From: an uncultured Mailhella sp.
Lineage (GTDB): Bacteria; Desulfobacterota; Desulfovibrionia; Desulfovibrionales; Desulfovibrionaceae
DNA length: 64,000 nt
NCBI RefSeq assembly: GCF_963931295.1
Contig: NZ_OZ007001.1
Location: forward strand, 1,551,137 to 1,615,136
Direction of reading: 5' to 3'
The notes under the pieces were generated by a model. The model was not told where the DNA came from. It did not search any database and worked only from the letters and a program-made list of their open reading frames with translations. Positions 38,232-47,069 of this stretch are shown here, one piece after another (positions within the stretch are counted from its first letter, which is position 1; each line of letters opens with the position of its first letter). The position numbers were made by a program, and so were the translations under genes.

Positions 38232-40697
38232 ATGAACGCCTATCAGGATATGGATTTCCGGGTCCGCGACCGCATTCTGCTCTATGCGCGCGGGCTGAAC
38301 CTCTCGCCGAAGGCCAGCGTGGAACTCGCGCTGGAAAGCCTGAAACGCTGCGAATCCGATCATCCGAGCTACCACGAGGCCCTCGCCTGCCTCCACGCCA
38401 TTCTGGCGGAAAAAGGCCGTGAACTCATTCCCGGCGACGAAGCGCCGCATCTCGTGTCCGCCCCGGGCATGACCCGCAGCTCCATGCTGGCCGAAGAACT
38501 CGACCGCACGCCGTGGCTGAGCATCTTCAAAAAAACGCTGAGCCGTCTGTTTCGCATCTTCCGCCCCTCCGGCATGGCCGCGCGCGCATCCTGGAAGGAC
38601 AGCGCCGACAGACAGCGCCAGCAGCTGGAATGGGAACGCGTGGCGGGCCGCCGCCGCACCCTGCTCATGACGCTGATTCTCGTGCCCGCCGTCATCGGCG
38701 CGTACCTCATGTACAGCATTCTGCCGCAGCAGGGCATTGAAGCCGTCAAAATCATGACGGCCGTGCTGTTCGCCATTCTGTTCGGATGGATTTCCATCGG
38801 CTTCTGGATGTGCGTGGCGGGCTGCTGGGTGCTCTCCCACAAGGTGGACCGCTTCACTCCCACGCGCGGATGCGACGCCGTGAACATTCCCGACACGACC
38901 CGCACCGCCATTCTCTTCCCCGTGTACAATGAGGACACCCGCAAATACATGGCGGGCATTGCCGCCACCTGGCACTCCCTGGTGCAGACCGGCGAAAGCG
39001 ACAAGTTCGACATCTTCATTCTCAGCGACTCCACCAGTCCCGACTCCTGGGTGGCCGAAGAGGAAGCCTGGTACGAATTCTGCCAGAGAGAAAACGTGTT
39101 CAACCACATTTTCTACCGTCGCCGCCGCAACAACACCAAGCGCAAGAGCGGCAACGTGGCCGACTTCTGCCGCCGCTGGGGCGCGCAGTACAAGTACATG
39201 ATCGTGTTCGACGCCGACAGCGTCATGAGCGGCCGCACCATGGTGCGCATGGTGAAGTCCATGGAGCTGCATCCCGAAATGGGCATGATCCAGACGCCGC
39301 CGCTCGCCGTGAACATGAACAGCCTCGTGGCCCGCGTGCAGCAGTTCGCGAACCATCTCTACGGCCCCGTGTTCGCCACAGGCCTGCATTTCTGGCTGCT
39401 CGGCGACGCCCAGTACTGGGGACACAACGCCATCATACGCGTGGATCCATTCATCAAGCACTGTCAGCTTCCCACCCTGCCCGGACGCGGTCCCCTCGCC
39501 GGCGACATTCTGAGCCACGACTTCGTGGAATCCGCCCTCATGCGGCGCGCAGGCTACGGCGTGTGGCTGGCCTACGACCTCGACGGCTCCTGGGAAGAAA
39601 GTCCGCCTTCGCTCATCGACGAACTCATACGCGACCGCCGCTGGTGTCAGGGCAACCTGCAGCACAGCCGTCTCATCTTCTCGGGCGGCATCTTCCCCAC
39701 GCATCGCGCGCTGTTCATCAACGGCATCATGTCCTACGCCTCGGCCCTGCTGTGGCTGTTCTTCCTGGTGTTCAGCTCCATTCAGGCCGTGACGGAAGCC
39801 TTCATTCCGCCCTCCTACTTCCCGAACGGCCCCACGCTGTTCCCCGTGTGGCCCACCTGGTATCCCAAATGGGCCCTGCTGCTGCTCGTCAGCACCTGCA
39901 TCATGCTGTTCATGCCCAAGATTTTCGCTATCATTCTCACGCTGCGCAAAGGCGGCGCCAAAAACTTCGGCGGAGCCTTCAGCATGTGCATGAGCGTGCT
40001 CGGCGAAGTCCTCATTTCCACGCTGCTCGCCCCCGTGCGCATGCTCTTTCACAGCTTCTTCGTGGTCACCACCCTGCTCGGCTGGAAGGTTTCGTGGAAC
40101 ACCCAGAACCGCAGCGACACCGGCACAAGCTGGAGCGACGCCATCCGCTTCCACTGGTGGGGCACGCTCATCGGCCTTTTGTGGGGCGGCGTCATGTGGC
40201 TCATCAATCCGGGCTTCTTCATCTGGTTCTCGCCCATCGCCGTCGGTCTCGTGCTCTCCATTCCGCTTTCGGTGTTCACCAGCCGCGTGAGCTGGGGCCT
40301 GGCCGCCAAACGCATGGGCCTCTTCATCACCTCGTCCGAACTCAAGGCCGAGCCCGAACAGGCCGACATGCACAGGGAACTCGAACGCCCCGACCGCTAT
40401 TCGCCCTTCACCATCGCGCGCGACAAGGGCTTCACGCGCGCCGTGGTCATTCCCCGCGTGCACGCGCTGCACATCGCCCTCATCCGTCGCCGCAAGTGGG
40501 AACGTCCCATCGGCGAAGAGCGCGAAAAGATGCGCCGCGCCCTGCTGGCCAAGGCTCTGGAAACCGGGCCGCGCGGCCTTTCCAAGCAGGAGAAGTCGGC
40601 GCTGCTCATGGATCCTCGCCTCTTGAACGAACTGCACAGGAACGTCTGGCAGCTGGATCCGGAAAAGGGGCACGACTGGGGCGTGGCGCAGAACTGA
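38232..40697 (+). CDS. opgH: Glucans biosynthesis glucosyltransferase H
   Basis: PVYNED, RKSGNVADFCRRWG, FDADS, YWGHNAIIR, ILSHDFVE, RDRRWCQGNLQH. Confidence 0.95.
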   Translation: MNAYQDMDFRVRDRILLYARGLNLSPKASVELALESLKRCESDHPSYHEALACLHAILAEKGRELIPGDEAPHLVSAPGMTRSSMLAEELDRTPWLSIFKKTLSRLFRIFRPSGMAARASWKDSADRQRQQLEWERVAGRRRTLLMTLILVPAVIGAYLMYSILPQQGIEAVKIMTAVLFAILFGWISIGFWMCVAGCWVLSHKVDRFTPTRGCDAVNIPDTTRTAILFPVYNEDTRKYMAGIAATWHSLVQTGESDKFDIFILSDSTSPDSWVAEEEAWYEFCQRENVFNHIFYRRRRNNTKRKSGNVADFCRRWGAQYKYMIVFDADSVMSGRTMVRMVKSMELHPEMGMIQTPPLAVNMNSLVARVQQFANHLYGPVFATGLHFWLLGDAQYWGHNAIIRVDPFIKHCQLPTLPGRGPLAGDILSHDFVESALMRRAGYGVWLAYDLDGSWEESPPSLIDELIRDRRWCQGNLQHSRLIFSGGIFPTHRALFINGIMSYASALLWLFFLVFSSIQAVTEAFIPPSYFPNGPTLFPVWPTWYPKWALLLLVSTCIMLFMPKIFAIILTLRKGGAKNFGGAFSMCMSVLGEVLISTLLAPVRMLFHSFFVVTTLLGWKVSWNTQNRSDTGTSWSDAIRFHWWGTLIGLLWGGVMWLINPGFFIWFSPIAVGLVLSIPLSVFTSRVSWGLAAKRMGLFITSSELKAEPEQADMHRELERPDRYSPFTIARDKGFTRAVVIPRVHALHIALIRRRKWERPIGEEREKMRRALLAKALETGPRGLSKQEKSALLMDPRLLNELHRNVWQLDPEKGHDWGVAQN

Positions 40698-40762
40698 CGC
40701 CGCGCTTCCCCGGCGAGCCTCGGCAAAAAACGCCGACGCCGTCCGACGACATCCGCTTCATC

Positions 40763-40794
40763 AAGGCCGATCCCACAACGGGGTCGGCCTTTTT
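40763..40794 (+). terminator. Terminator after opgH
   Basis: AAGGCCGATCCC / GGGGTCGGCCTTTTT. Confidence 0.7.
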
Positions 40795-41083
40795 CATGGT
40801 CAAGGCCGGACTCGACCGCCTTGCCGGAAAAGCTGCGCCGCAGGTGGCCGGACTCTCGGAAAATGCGCGTAAAAGACCGAATGCGCGCCGACTTTGCCGG
40901 GAAAGGCTTCGGACTCAAGGACGCCGCGCCTGAGCGCCGGACGCACGCAGCTCTTGCCGGAAACCGGAAAAGCCTCGGGAAATCACGCCGGAAATTTCCC
41001 CACTCCCTCCAGCACGCTTTCTCCCCCGTGCGCCGCACCTAAGAACTCGGAACATGAGGCAAACGGCCCCTTCGACTCCGGCG

Positions 41084-41101
41084 CCGACGCGCCTTCCAGA
41101 G
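41084..41101 (+). repeat. Dispersed intergenic 18-bp repeat CCGACGCGCCTTCCAGAG (copy 2)
   Basis: Identical to 25036-25053; flanking pyrimidine-rich sequence also similar. Confidence 0.55.
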
Positions 41102-41232
41102 TCCCTCTCCGCCGCTCTCCCGCGCTCTGCGCTTCCCTGAGCCCTTTGCTCAGGTCTTTCGGCTCCGCGCCGTGCAGGGCGCGCCACGGCCCGCAGCGCC
41201 GCAGGTATGGTATTCGCGCCCAGTCTGGCGAC

Positions 41233-41264
41233 AAAAAAGGGCGGAAAGATCGCTCCTTCCGCCC
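41233..41264 (-). terminator. Terminator after infB
   Basis: GGGCGGAA / TTCCGCCC stem with A6 on the + strand side. Confidence 0.65.
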
Positions 41265-41325
41265 CTCAGGGTATGTCATTGTCAGACGGCAGACGCCGCC
41301 CGTTCAACGCGCGCTCTTTGGATCA

Positions 41326-44300
41326 TCAGTCCAGAGAGGCCGCTTCCTCCACCACTTCAAAGGCTTCGATGACGTCGCCGACCTTGATGTCGTGGAAGTT
41401 GTCGAGGCCCACGCCGCATTCAAGGTTGCGCACGACTTCGCGGGCGTCGTCCTTGAGGCGCTTGAGGGAAGCGATCTTGCCGGTGTACACCACCACGCCG
41501 TCGCGCAGCAGGCGCACGTTGGCGGTGCGGGTGAGCTTGCCGTCCGTAACCATGCAGCCCGCAATGAGGCCGACCTTGGGCACGGAGAAGGTCTGACGCA
41601 CTTCGGCCTGACCGAGATACACTTCCTTGGACACGGGAGCCAGCAGGCCGGCCATGGCGCTCTTGATCTCGTCCACCAGCTTGTAGATGATGTCGTAGAA
41701 GCGGATGTCCACCTGTTCCTGTTCGGCCACTTCCTTGACCTTGGCCGTGGGACGGACGTTGAAGCCGATGATGATGGCATTGGACGCCGCAGCCAGCATG
41801 ACGTCGGATTCCGAAATCGCGCCCGCGCCGCCGTGGATGATGTCGATGCGCACCTTGTCGGTGCTGAGCTTGCGCAGCGACTCGGTAATGGCTTCCAGAG
41901 AGCCCTGCACGTCGGCCTTGAGAACCACGTTGAGCACCTGCGTTTCCTGCGCGTCCGCGCTCTGCTTGAGGAAGTTTTCAAGGGTCACGCGGGACACCTT
42001 GGCCAGTTCCTTCTCGCGCAGCTTGGTGGCGCGGGATTCGGCGATGCGGCGGGCCGTCTTTTCATCTTCGAGGCACACAAACTCGTCGCCGGCTTCCGGC
42101 ACGCCTTCAAAGCCCTGGATTTCCACAGGCATGGAAGGTCCGGCTTCCTTGATCTTGCGGCCCTGATCGTTGAAGAGCGCGCGAACGCGGCCGGAGAACA
42201 CGCCGCACACGAACACGTCGCCCTGATGCAGCGTGCCTTCCTGCACGAGCACTGTGGCCACGGGGCCGCGGCCCTTGTCGAGCTTGGCTTCCACCACGTG
42301 ACCGCGGGCGGGCTTGTCGGGATTGGCCTTGAGTTCCAGAATTTCGGCCTGGAGGGCGATGAGTTCCAGAAGATCGTCGAGGCCCTTGCCCGTTTTGGCG
42401 GAAACCATGGCCACCACGGTGTCGCCGCCCCAGGCTTCGGGCTGCAGTCCGAGTTCGGAGAGCTCGCGGAGCACGCGGTCGGGATTGGCGGTTTCCTTGT
42501 CTATCTTGTTCACGGCCACCAGAATGGGCACGCCGGCGGCGCGGGAGTGGTTGATGGCTTCGCGGGTCTGTTCCATGACGCCGTCGTCGGCGGCGACCAC
42601 GAGCACCACGAGATCGGTCACCTGCGCGCCGCGGGCGCGCATGGCGGTGAAGGCCGCATGACCGGGCGTGTCGAGGAACACGATGTCGCCGCGCTTGGTC
42701 TTCACGAGATACGCGCCGATGTGCTGCGTAATGCCGCCCGCTTCGCCGCTGGTCACGCTGGTCTTGCGGATGGCGTCAAGCAGAGAGGTCTTGCCGTGGT
42801 CGACGTGGCCCATGATGGTCACCACCGGAGGACGGGGCTTGAGCATCTCGGGCGTATCCACCACGGTGGGCACGAGGTAATCTTCTTCGGAGAAGCCCAC
42901 CTTTTCCACTTCGTAGCCGAATTCCGAAGCCACGAGCGTGGCGGTGTCGATGTCGAGGGCGTTGTTGATGGTGGCCATCACGCCGAGACCGAACAGAACC
43001 TTGATGACTTCGCTGGACTTCACGCCCATCTGATGGGCCAGTTCCGACACGCGGATGGATTCTTCCACGCGAATCTTGCGCTTGGTGGCCTTCATGGGCT
43101 GAGTGGACTGGCTCACCGCCTGATGCTGCTGCTTCTTGGGCTTGTGCGAGCGGCGGGTGCGGACCATGCCCTCGTCGTCATCCATGTCGGGGCCGCCGTG
43201 ACGACGGCTGAAATCGTCGGCGTCCTGCGGGAAGTCGGTGGAACGACGGCTCTTGCTGTTGCGCTTCTTGCGGCTCTGCTCGTTTTCCATGGGAGGCTGC
43301 TGACCGAAGGGCGGCGTGAAGGAACCGCCGGCGGAACGGCCGCCCGCCGGACGATTGCCGGAAGGACGGTTGCCGCCGGAGCGACGGTTGTCGCGATTGT
43401 CTCCGTCGCGGCCGTCGCGGCCGTCACGACCGTCGCGACCGTCGCGGGCGTCGGGACGCACGGGACGCGCGTCGCGGCGACCTCCGTCGCGACGATTGTC
43501 GCCGTCGCGGGAAGAGCGGTTCTCCGAGGGAGACGCGGGACGAATGATGCGGGCCTGCGTGGGATCGGGGCGGGAAATGACGCGCACGCGGGGCGTGCCG
43601 TCGGCGGCGGGCTGGGCCTTCTTGCGGGCGTCTTCGCCTTCATGCTCTTCGGAGACGTGACGGCGTTCCTGCACGGGAGGCAGCAGGCTGGGCTGGGAAG
43701 AGCCTTCCGGCTCGGCGGAAGCCGCAGGAGCTCTGCGGGCGCGTTCGGACTTCGCCGGTTCAGCCGAAGCGGCAGGACGAACTTCCGGCTTTTCCTCCTT
43801 CGCGGGAGCGGGCGCGGGGCGGGGCGTCACGATGCGGGCAGCGGGAGCCTCCGTCCTGCGGGCGGGGGCCGTCTTGTCCGCAGCCTCGTCGGCGGGCTTT
43901 TCCACCACCTTGGCCGCAACGGGCTTTTCCGGCGCGCTCTTTTCCGCAGCGGGCTTTTCGACCGCAGGCTTCTCCACCACCTTGGCGGCAGGAGCCGGCG
44001 CGGGCTCGGGTTCCGGAGTCACCACGCGGGCGGGGCGCACGATGCGCGCCACAGGCGCGGCTTCCCGGGGCGTTCTGGCCTTTTTCGGGGCCTTTTCCGC
44101 GGCGGGCGCGGCCTTTTCCGCAGCTTCGGCTTCGGGAGCGGCGGGAGTCTGGGCTGCGGCGGGCGCCGCGGCCTTCTCTTCGACTACGGGAGCGGCAGGA
44201 GCTTGCGCCGCTGCCGGCTTGGAACGACGACGTATAATAACGTCCTTGCGGACAACTTCCACAGAGGCCTCCGACTTTTTAACCTTGACTTTTTCGTATT

Positions 44301-44421
44301 CTTCCGGGGAGATGGACCCTTTCACCGTCTTTTCTATCCCGGCCTCGCGCAGGCGGGCAACAAGCTCTTCGGGCTTCATGCCCTGTTCGAGCGCGGCATC
44401 TTTTATCTTTATCTTATCCAT
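41326..44421 (-). CDS. infB: Translation initiation factor IF-2
   Basis: [25 protein letters not shown]; long Ala/Pro/Arg-rich N-terminus. Confidence 0.98.
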   Translation of the reverse strand: MDKIKIKDAALEQGMKPEELVARLREAGIEKTVKGSISPEEYEKVKVKKSEASVEVVRKDVIIRRRSKPAAAQAPAAPVVEEKAAAPAAAQTPAAPEAEAAEKAAPAAEKAPKKARTPREAAPVARIVRPARVVTPEPEPAPAPAAKVVEKPAVEKPAAEKSAPEKPVAAKVVEKPADEAADKTAPARRTEAPAARIVTPRPAPAPAKEEKPEVRPAASAEPAKSERARRAPAASAEPEGSSQPSLLPPVQERRHVSEEHEGEDARKKAQPAADGTPRVRVISRPDPTQARIIRPASPSENRSSRDGDNRRDGGRRDARPVRPDARDGRDGRDGRDGRDGDNRDNRRSGGNRPSGNRPAGGRSAGGSFTPPFGQQPPMENEQSRKKRNSKSRRSTDFPQDADDFSRRHGGPDMDDDEGMVRTRRSHKPKKQQHQAVSQSTQPMKATKRKIRVEESIRVSELAHQMGVKSSEVIKVLFGLGVMATINNALDIDTATLVASEFGYEVEKVGFSEEDYLVPTVVDTPEMLKPRPPVVTIMGHVDHGKTSLLDAIRKTSVTSGEAGGITQHIGAYLVKTKRGDIVFLDTPGHAAFTAMRARGAQVTDLVVLVVAADDGVMEQTREAINHSRAAGVPILVAVNKIDKETANPDRVLRELSELGLQPEAWGGDTVVAMVSAKTGKGLDDLLELIALQAEILELKANPDKPARGHVVEAKLDKGRGPVATVLVQEGTLHQGDVFVCGVFSGRVRALFNDQGRKIKEAGPSMPVEIQGFEGVPEAGDEFVCLEDEKTARRIAESRATKLREKELAKVSRVTLENFLKQSADAQETQVLNVVLKADVQGSLEAITESLRKLSTDKVRIDIIHGGAGAISESDVMLAAASNAIIIGFNVRPTAKVKEVAEQEQVDIRFYDIIYKLVDEIKSAMAGLLAPVSKEVYLGQAEVRQTFSVPKVGLIAGCMVTDGKLTRTANVRLLRDGVVVYTGKIASLKRLKDDAREVVRNLECGVGLDNFHDIKVGDVIEAFEVVEEAASLD
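43403..43447. repeat. 5 x 9-bp tandem repeat (CCGTCRCGR) encoding RDG repeats in the IF-2 N-terminal region
   Basis: ccgtcgcgg ccgtcgcgg ccgtcacga ccgtcgcga ccgtcgcgg. Confidence 0.8.
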
Positions 44422-44656
44422 GCTTTCTCCCCTTGTGAGATTTGCGCCTGAATTTCATGCCCGCAAAACGCTCCCGGCAGACCGGATCATCGCACACGTA
44501 CCAGCCTCGTCCGGGCCTGGTCTGCGCGTGATCTGCTTCAAGGCCGTTGCCGGCGGCAGCGCCTTCCGGGGCAGACACATGACGCAGGAGCCGCGACTTG
44601 GCAAAACGCCGTCGGCATACGACACACATGCGCACGGGCTCCTGCCTGTTCTCCAT
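44414..44656 (-). CDS. ylxR: YlxR/DUF448 family RNA-binding protein
   Basis: [11 protein letters not shown]...PGRGWYVC...C; between nusA and infB. Confidence 0.88.
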   Translation of the reverse strand: MENRQEPVRMCVVCRRRFAKSRLLRHVSAPEGAAAGNGLEADHAQTRPGRGWYVCDDPVCRERFAGMKFRRKSHKGRKHG

Positions 44657-44659
44657 GCT

Positions 44660-45940
44660 CTATTCCTCTCCGGCTTCCGCCTTTTCCTCTTCGGCGCCTT
44701 CGCCTTCCACAACGGGGCTGAGGAAGTTCACGGCGGCGCGCAGATCGGCAATGCGCGCGGCGGAGAGCTCAAGCTTTTCGGCAAGCTCGTCGTCCGAGGC
44801 GGCGCGCAGGGCGTCGAGAGAACGGAAACCGGCGTCCATCAGTCTGTCCACGGGAATCTCGGCCACGCTGGCCACCTGTTCCAGACCGCGGCCGGCGGCG
44901 TTGGCTTCGTGGTAGCGGGACTCGGTGAAGATGTCGATCTTCCAGCCGAGGAGCTTGGCCGCGAGCTTCACGTTCTGACCCTTGCGGCCGATGGCGTTGG
45001 TGAGCTGATCGTCCGGCACGGTGACTTCCAGAAGGTTGGAAGCCTCGTCCACGTTGATGCGCGACACCAGAGCCGGAGCCAGCGCGTTGCGGGCGTAGGT
45101 GGCGATATCGGGGCTCCACACCACGATGTCGATGCGCTCGCCGTGCAGCTCCTGCACGATGTTCTGAATGCGGGATCCGCGCACGCCCACGCAGGCGCCC
45201 ACGGGATCGATGTCGCGCTCGCGGGAGAGCACGGCCACCTTGGCGCGGGAACCGGGATCGCGGGCCACGCCCATGATCTGCACGCTGCCGTCGTCCACTT
45301 CGGGCACTTCGCGGCGGAAGAGCGCGGCCATGTAGTCGCGGTGCGCGCGGGAAATGATGACCTGCGGACCGCGGCCCTCGCGGCGCACGTCGATGATGAG
45401 CGCCTGAATGCGGTCGTTGCGCTTGTAATGTTCTCTGGGAATCTGTTCCTCGCGGGGCAGCAGGGCCTCGGTACGGCCCAGGTTGATGACCCAGCCGCCC
45501 TTGTCGCGGCGCTGCACCATGCCGCTCACGATTTCGCCCACGCGGTCCTTGAATTCCTCGTAAATGAGTTCCTGCTCGGCGTCGCGCATGCGCTGGATGA
45601 TGACCTGCTTGGCGGACTGGGCGGCAATGCGGCCGAGATCCTCCACCTTGAGGCGGAAACCCATTTCGTCGTCGATCTGAATGGAAGGATCGTGCTGACG
45701 GGCCTCTTCCAGGGAAATCTGAGTGAGCGGATCCTCCACCTCGTCCACGACGAACTTGAACTGGAACACCTCGATGTCGCCGGTGTCGTCGCTGTAATGC
45801 ACTTCCACGTCCAGATCATCGCCGTACTTGCGGGTCACCGACGTGCGCACGGCTTCCTCAAGAGTGCTGATGAGCATATCGCGATCCAGCCCTCTGTCCT
45901 TGCTGATCTGTTCAATGGCTTTCTTCAGTTCCAGGCTCAT
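44660..45940 (-). CDS. nusA: Transcription termination factor NusA
   Basis: RIAAQSAKQVI, ARDPGSRAKVAV, GACVGVRGSRI, AIGRKGQNVKLA. Confidence 0.98.
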   Translation of the reverse strand: MSLELKKAIEQISKDRGLDRDMLISTLEEAVRTSVTRKYGDDLDVEVHYSDDTGDIEVFQFKFVVDEVEDPLTQISLEEARQHDPSIQIDDEMGFRLKVEDLGRIAAQSAKQVIIQRMRDAEQELIYEEFKDRVGEIVSGMVQRRDKGGWVINLGRTEALLPREEQIPREHYKRNDRIQALIIDVRREGRGPQVIISRAHRDYMAALFRREVPEVDDGSVQIMGVARDPGSRAKVAVLSRERDIDPVGACVGVRGSRIQNIVQELHGERIDIVVWSPDIATYARNALAPALVSRINVDEASNLLEVTVPDDQLTNAIGRKGQNVKLAAKLLGWKIDIFTESRYHEANAAGRGLEQVASVAEIPVDRLMDAGFRSLDALRAASDDELAEKLELSAARIADLRAAVNFLSPVVEGEGAEEEKAEAGEE

Positions 45941-46569
45941 GCTTGCTTACCTCCGCCTTTGCCGGCAGCTTTTTTCGCGTTCTTTCCGGCTCCGGGCTTG
46001 CTGGTGTCAGGAAAAACAGGGACGAGGCGCGCCTTTCTTACCCAGTCCCATCGAATGGAAACATTGGAGGGAACGGGCTTTTCGCCCGCAACGGGCGCAA
46101 GAAGCACCTCCACGACGAAGGCGTTGTCCGAAGCGCTCACGAGCGGTCCCCGGAACTTGCGCCGACCGGCGATCTCGGGATGGGGATCCGCAAGAGTCAC
46201 GTCTATCTCCTGCCCGACGTAGGGAGAAAGCTGCGCGGGCTCAAAGAACAGCCGATCCATGCCCGGGGAGGACACTTCCAGCACCCAGGCGTCGGCAAAC
46301 ACCTCGTCGACCTCAAGGGCCAGACCCACCATACGGGAAATTTCCGCGCACTGATCCACGGACACGCCTTCCAGCATGCCGTCCTCACCGTTGTTGCCAC
46401 CCTCGGCAACGTCGCCGCCGGCGGGGGCGTCCACATACACGCGCACCACTGTGCGCCCGCCCGCCACAACCTCGATGCCCCAGAGCATCAGGCCGAACGA
46501 CGCGACGACAGGTTCCGCCGCCTCGCGGACGCGGCGGACGATCTGTTCAGGAGAAAGTCCTTTTCCCAT
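45937..46569 (-). CDS. rimP: Ribosome maturation factor RimP
   Basis: VRVYVD...VSVDQCAEISR, LEVSSPGMDR, RRKFRG. Confidence 0.95.
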   Translation of the reverse strand: MGKGLSPEQIVRRVREAAEPVVASFGLMLWGIEVVAGGRTVVRVYVDAPAGGDVAEGGNNGEDGMLEGVSVDQCAEISRMVGLALEVDEVFADAWVLEVSSPGMDRLFFEPAQLSPYVGQEIDVTLADPHPEIAGRRKFRGPLVSASDNAFVVEVLLAPVAGEKPVPSNVSIRWDWVRKARLVPVFPDTSKPGAGKNAKKAAGKGGGKQA

Positions 46570-46846
46570 GCATCATACCTTATATAATAAAAAAAGGGAG
46601 GCCGTCGTCAGGCCACCCCTACCAGACCGCCTTGCGCGGTGCATCAGGATGTAGAAAGACAGAGCTGAAACAGCCCCCGCCTTCCACTGCGTGAAGACGT
46701 TTTACCCATGACGACGGCCCTTGTCAAGAGCTCCTCCGCGCCCCCCCGCTGCACAAAAATTTTTTTGGGCCGCCCGGGAGCCGCGCCCCGAGACGAATCT
46801 CATCATGAGAGCATCGGATAACCTTCAGTTCTTTTCCAAACGATGC

Positions 46847-46875
46847 TTGACCCACTCCCCTCGGCACGCTAGGCT
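46847..46875 (+). promoter_or_regulatory. Sigma-70-type promoter upstream of nrdD
   Basis: TTGACC-N17-TAGGCT. Confidence 0.6.
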
Positions 46876-47069
46876 CTTCTTCTCAGGTCGGTAAACATGC
46901 CTTTTCATCCTGGCTCCGCGCATCGAAAAACGTGCGCCGCAAGGCATGAGTCCCGAGTATTTTTGTCTTTATATCCGCGCAGTTGCCACAAAAGCCGGGT
47001 AGCTGCGTCTTTTCCTGGCCTCTCCAGGATTCCCCAGGCTTCACAAGGAATACACAGGTTGTACAGGTT

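Noticed and set aside
40894-44451. Very long antisense ORFs (1185 aa here; also 8845-12114, 30901-33780, 46905-49331, 14747-17428, 25190-27139)
   Set aside because: Mirror-frame shadows of well-supported genes; high GC3 removes stops on the opposite strand, and they show no motifs of their own.
46880-47069. Cobalamin riboswitch or NrdR boxes upstream of nrdD
   Set aside because: No B12-box or convincing ACAC-W-ATAT-W-GTG match by eye.
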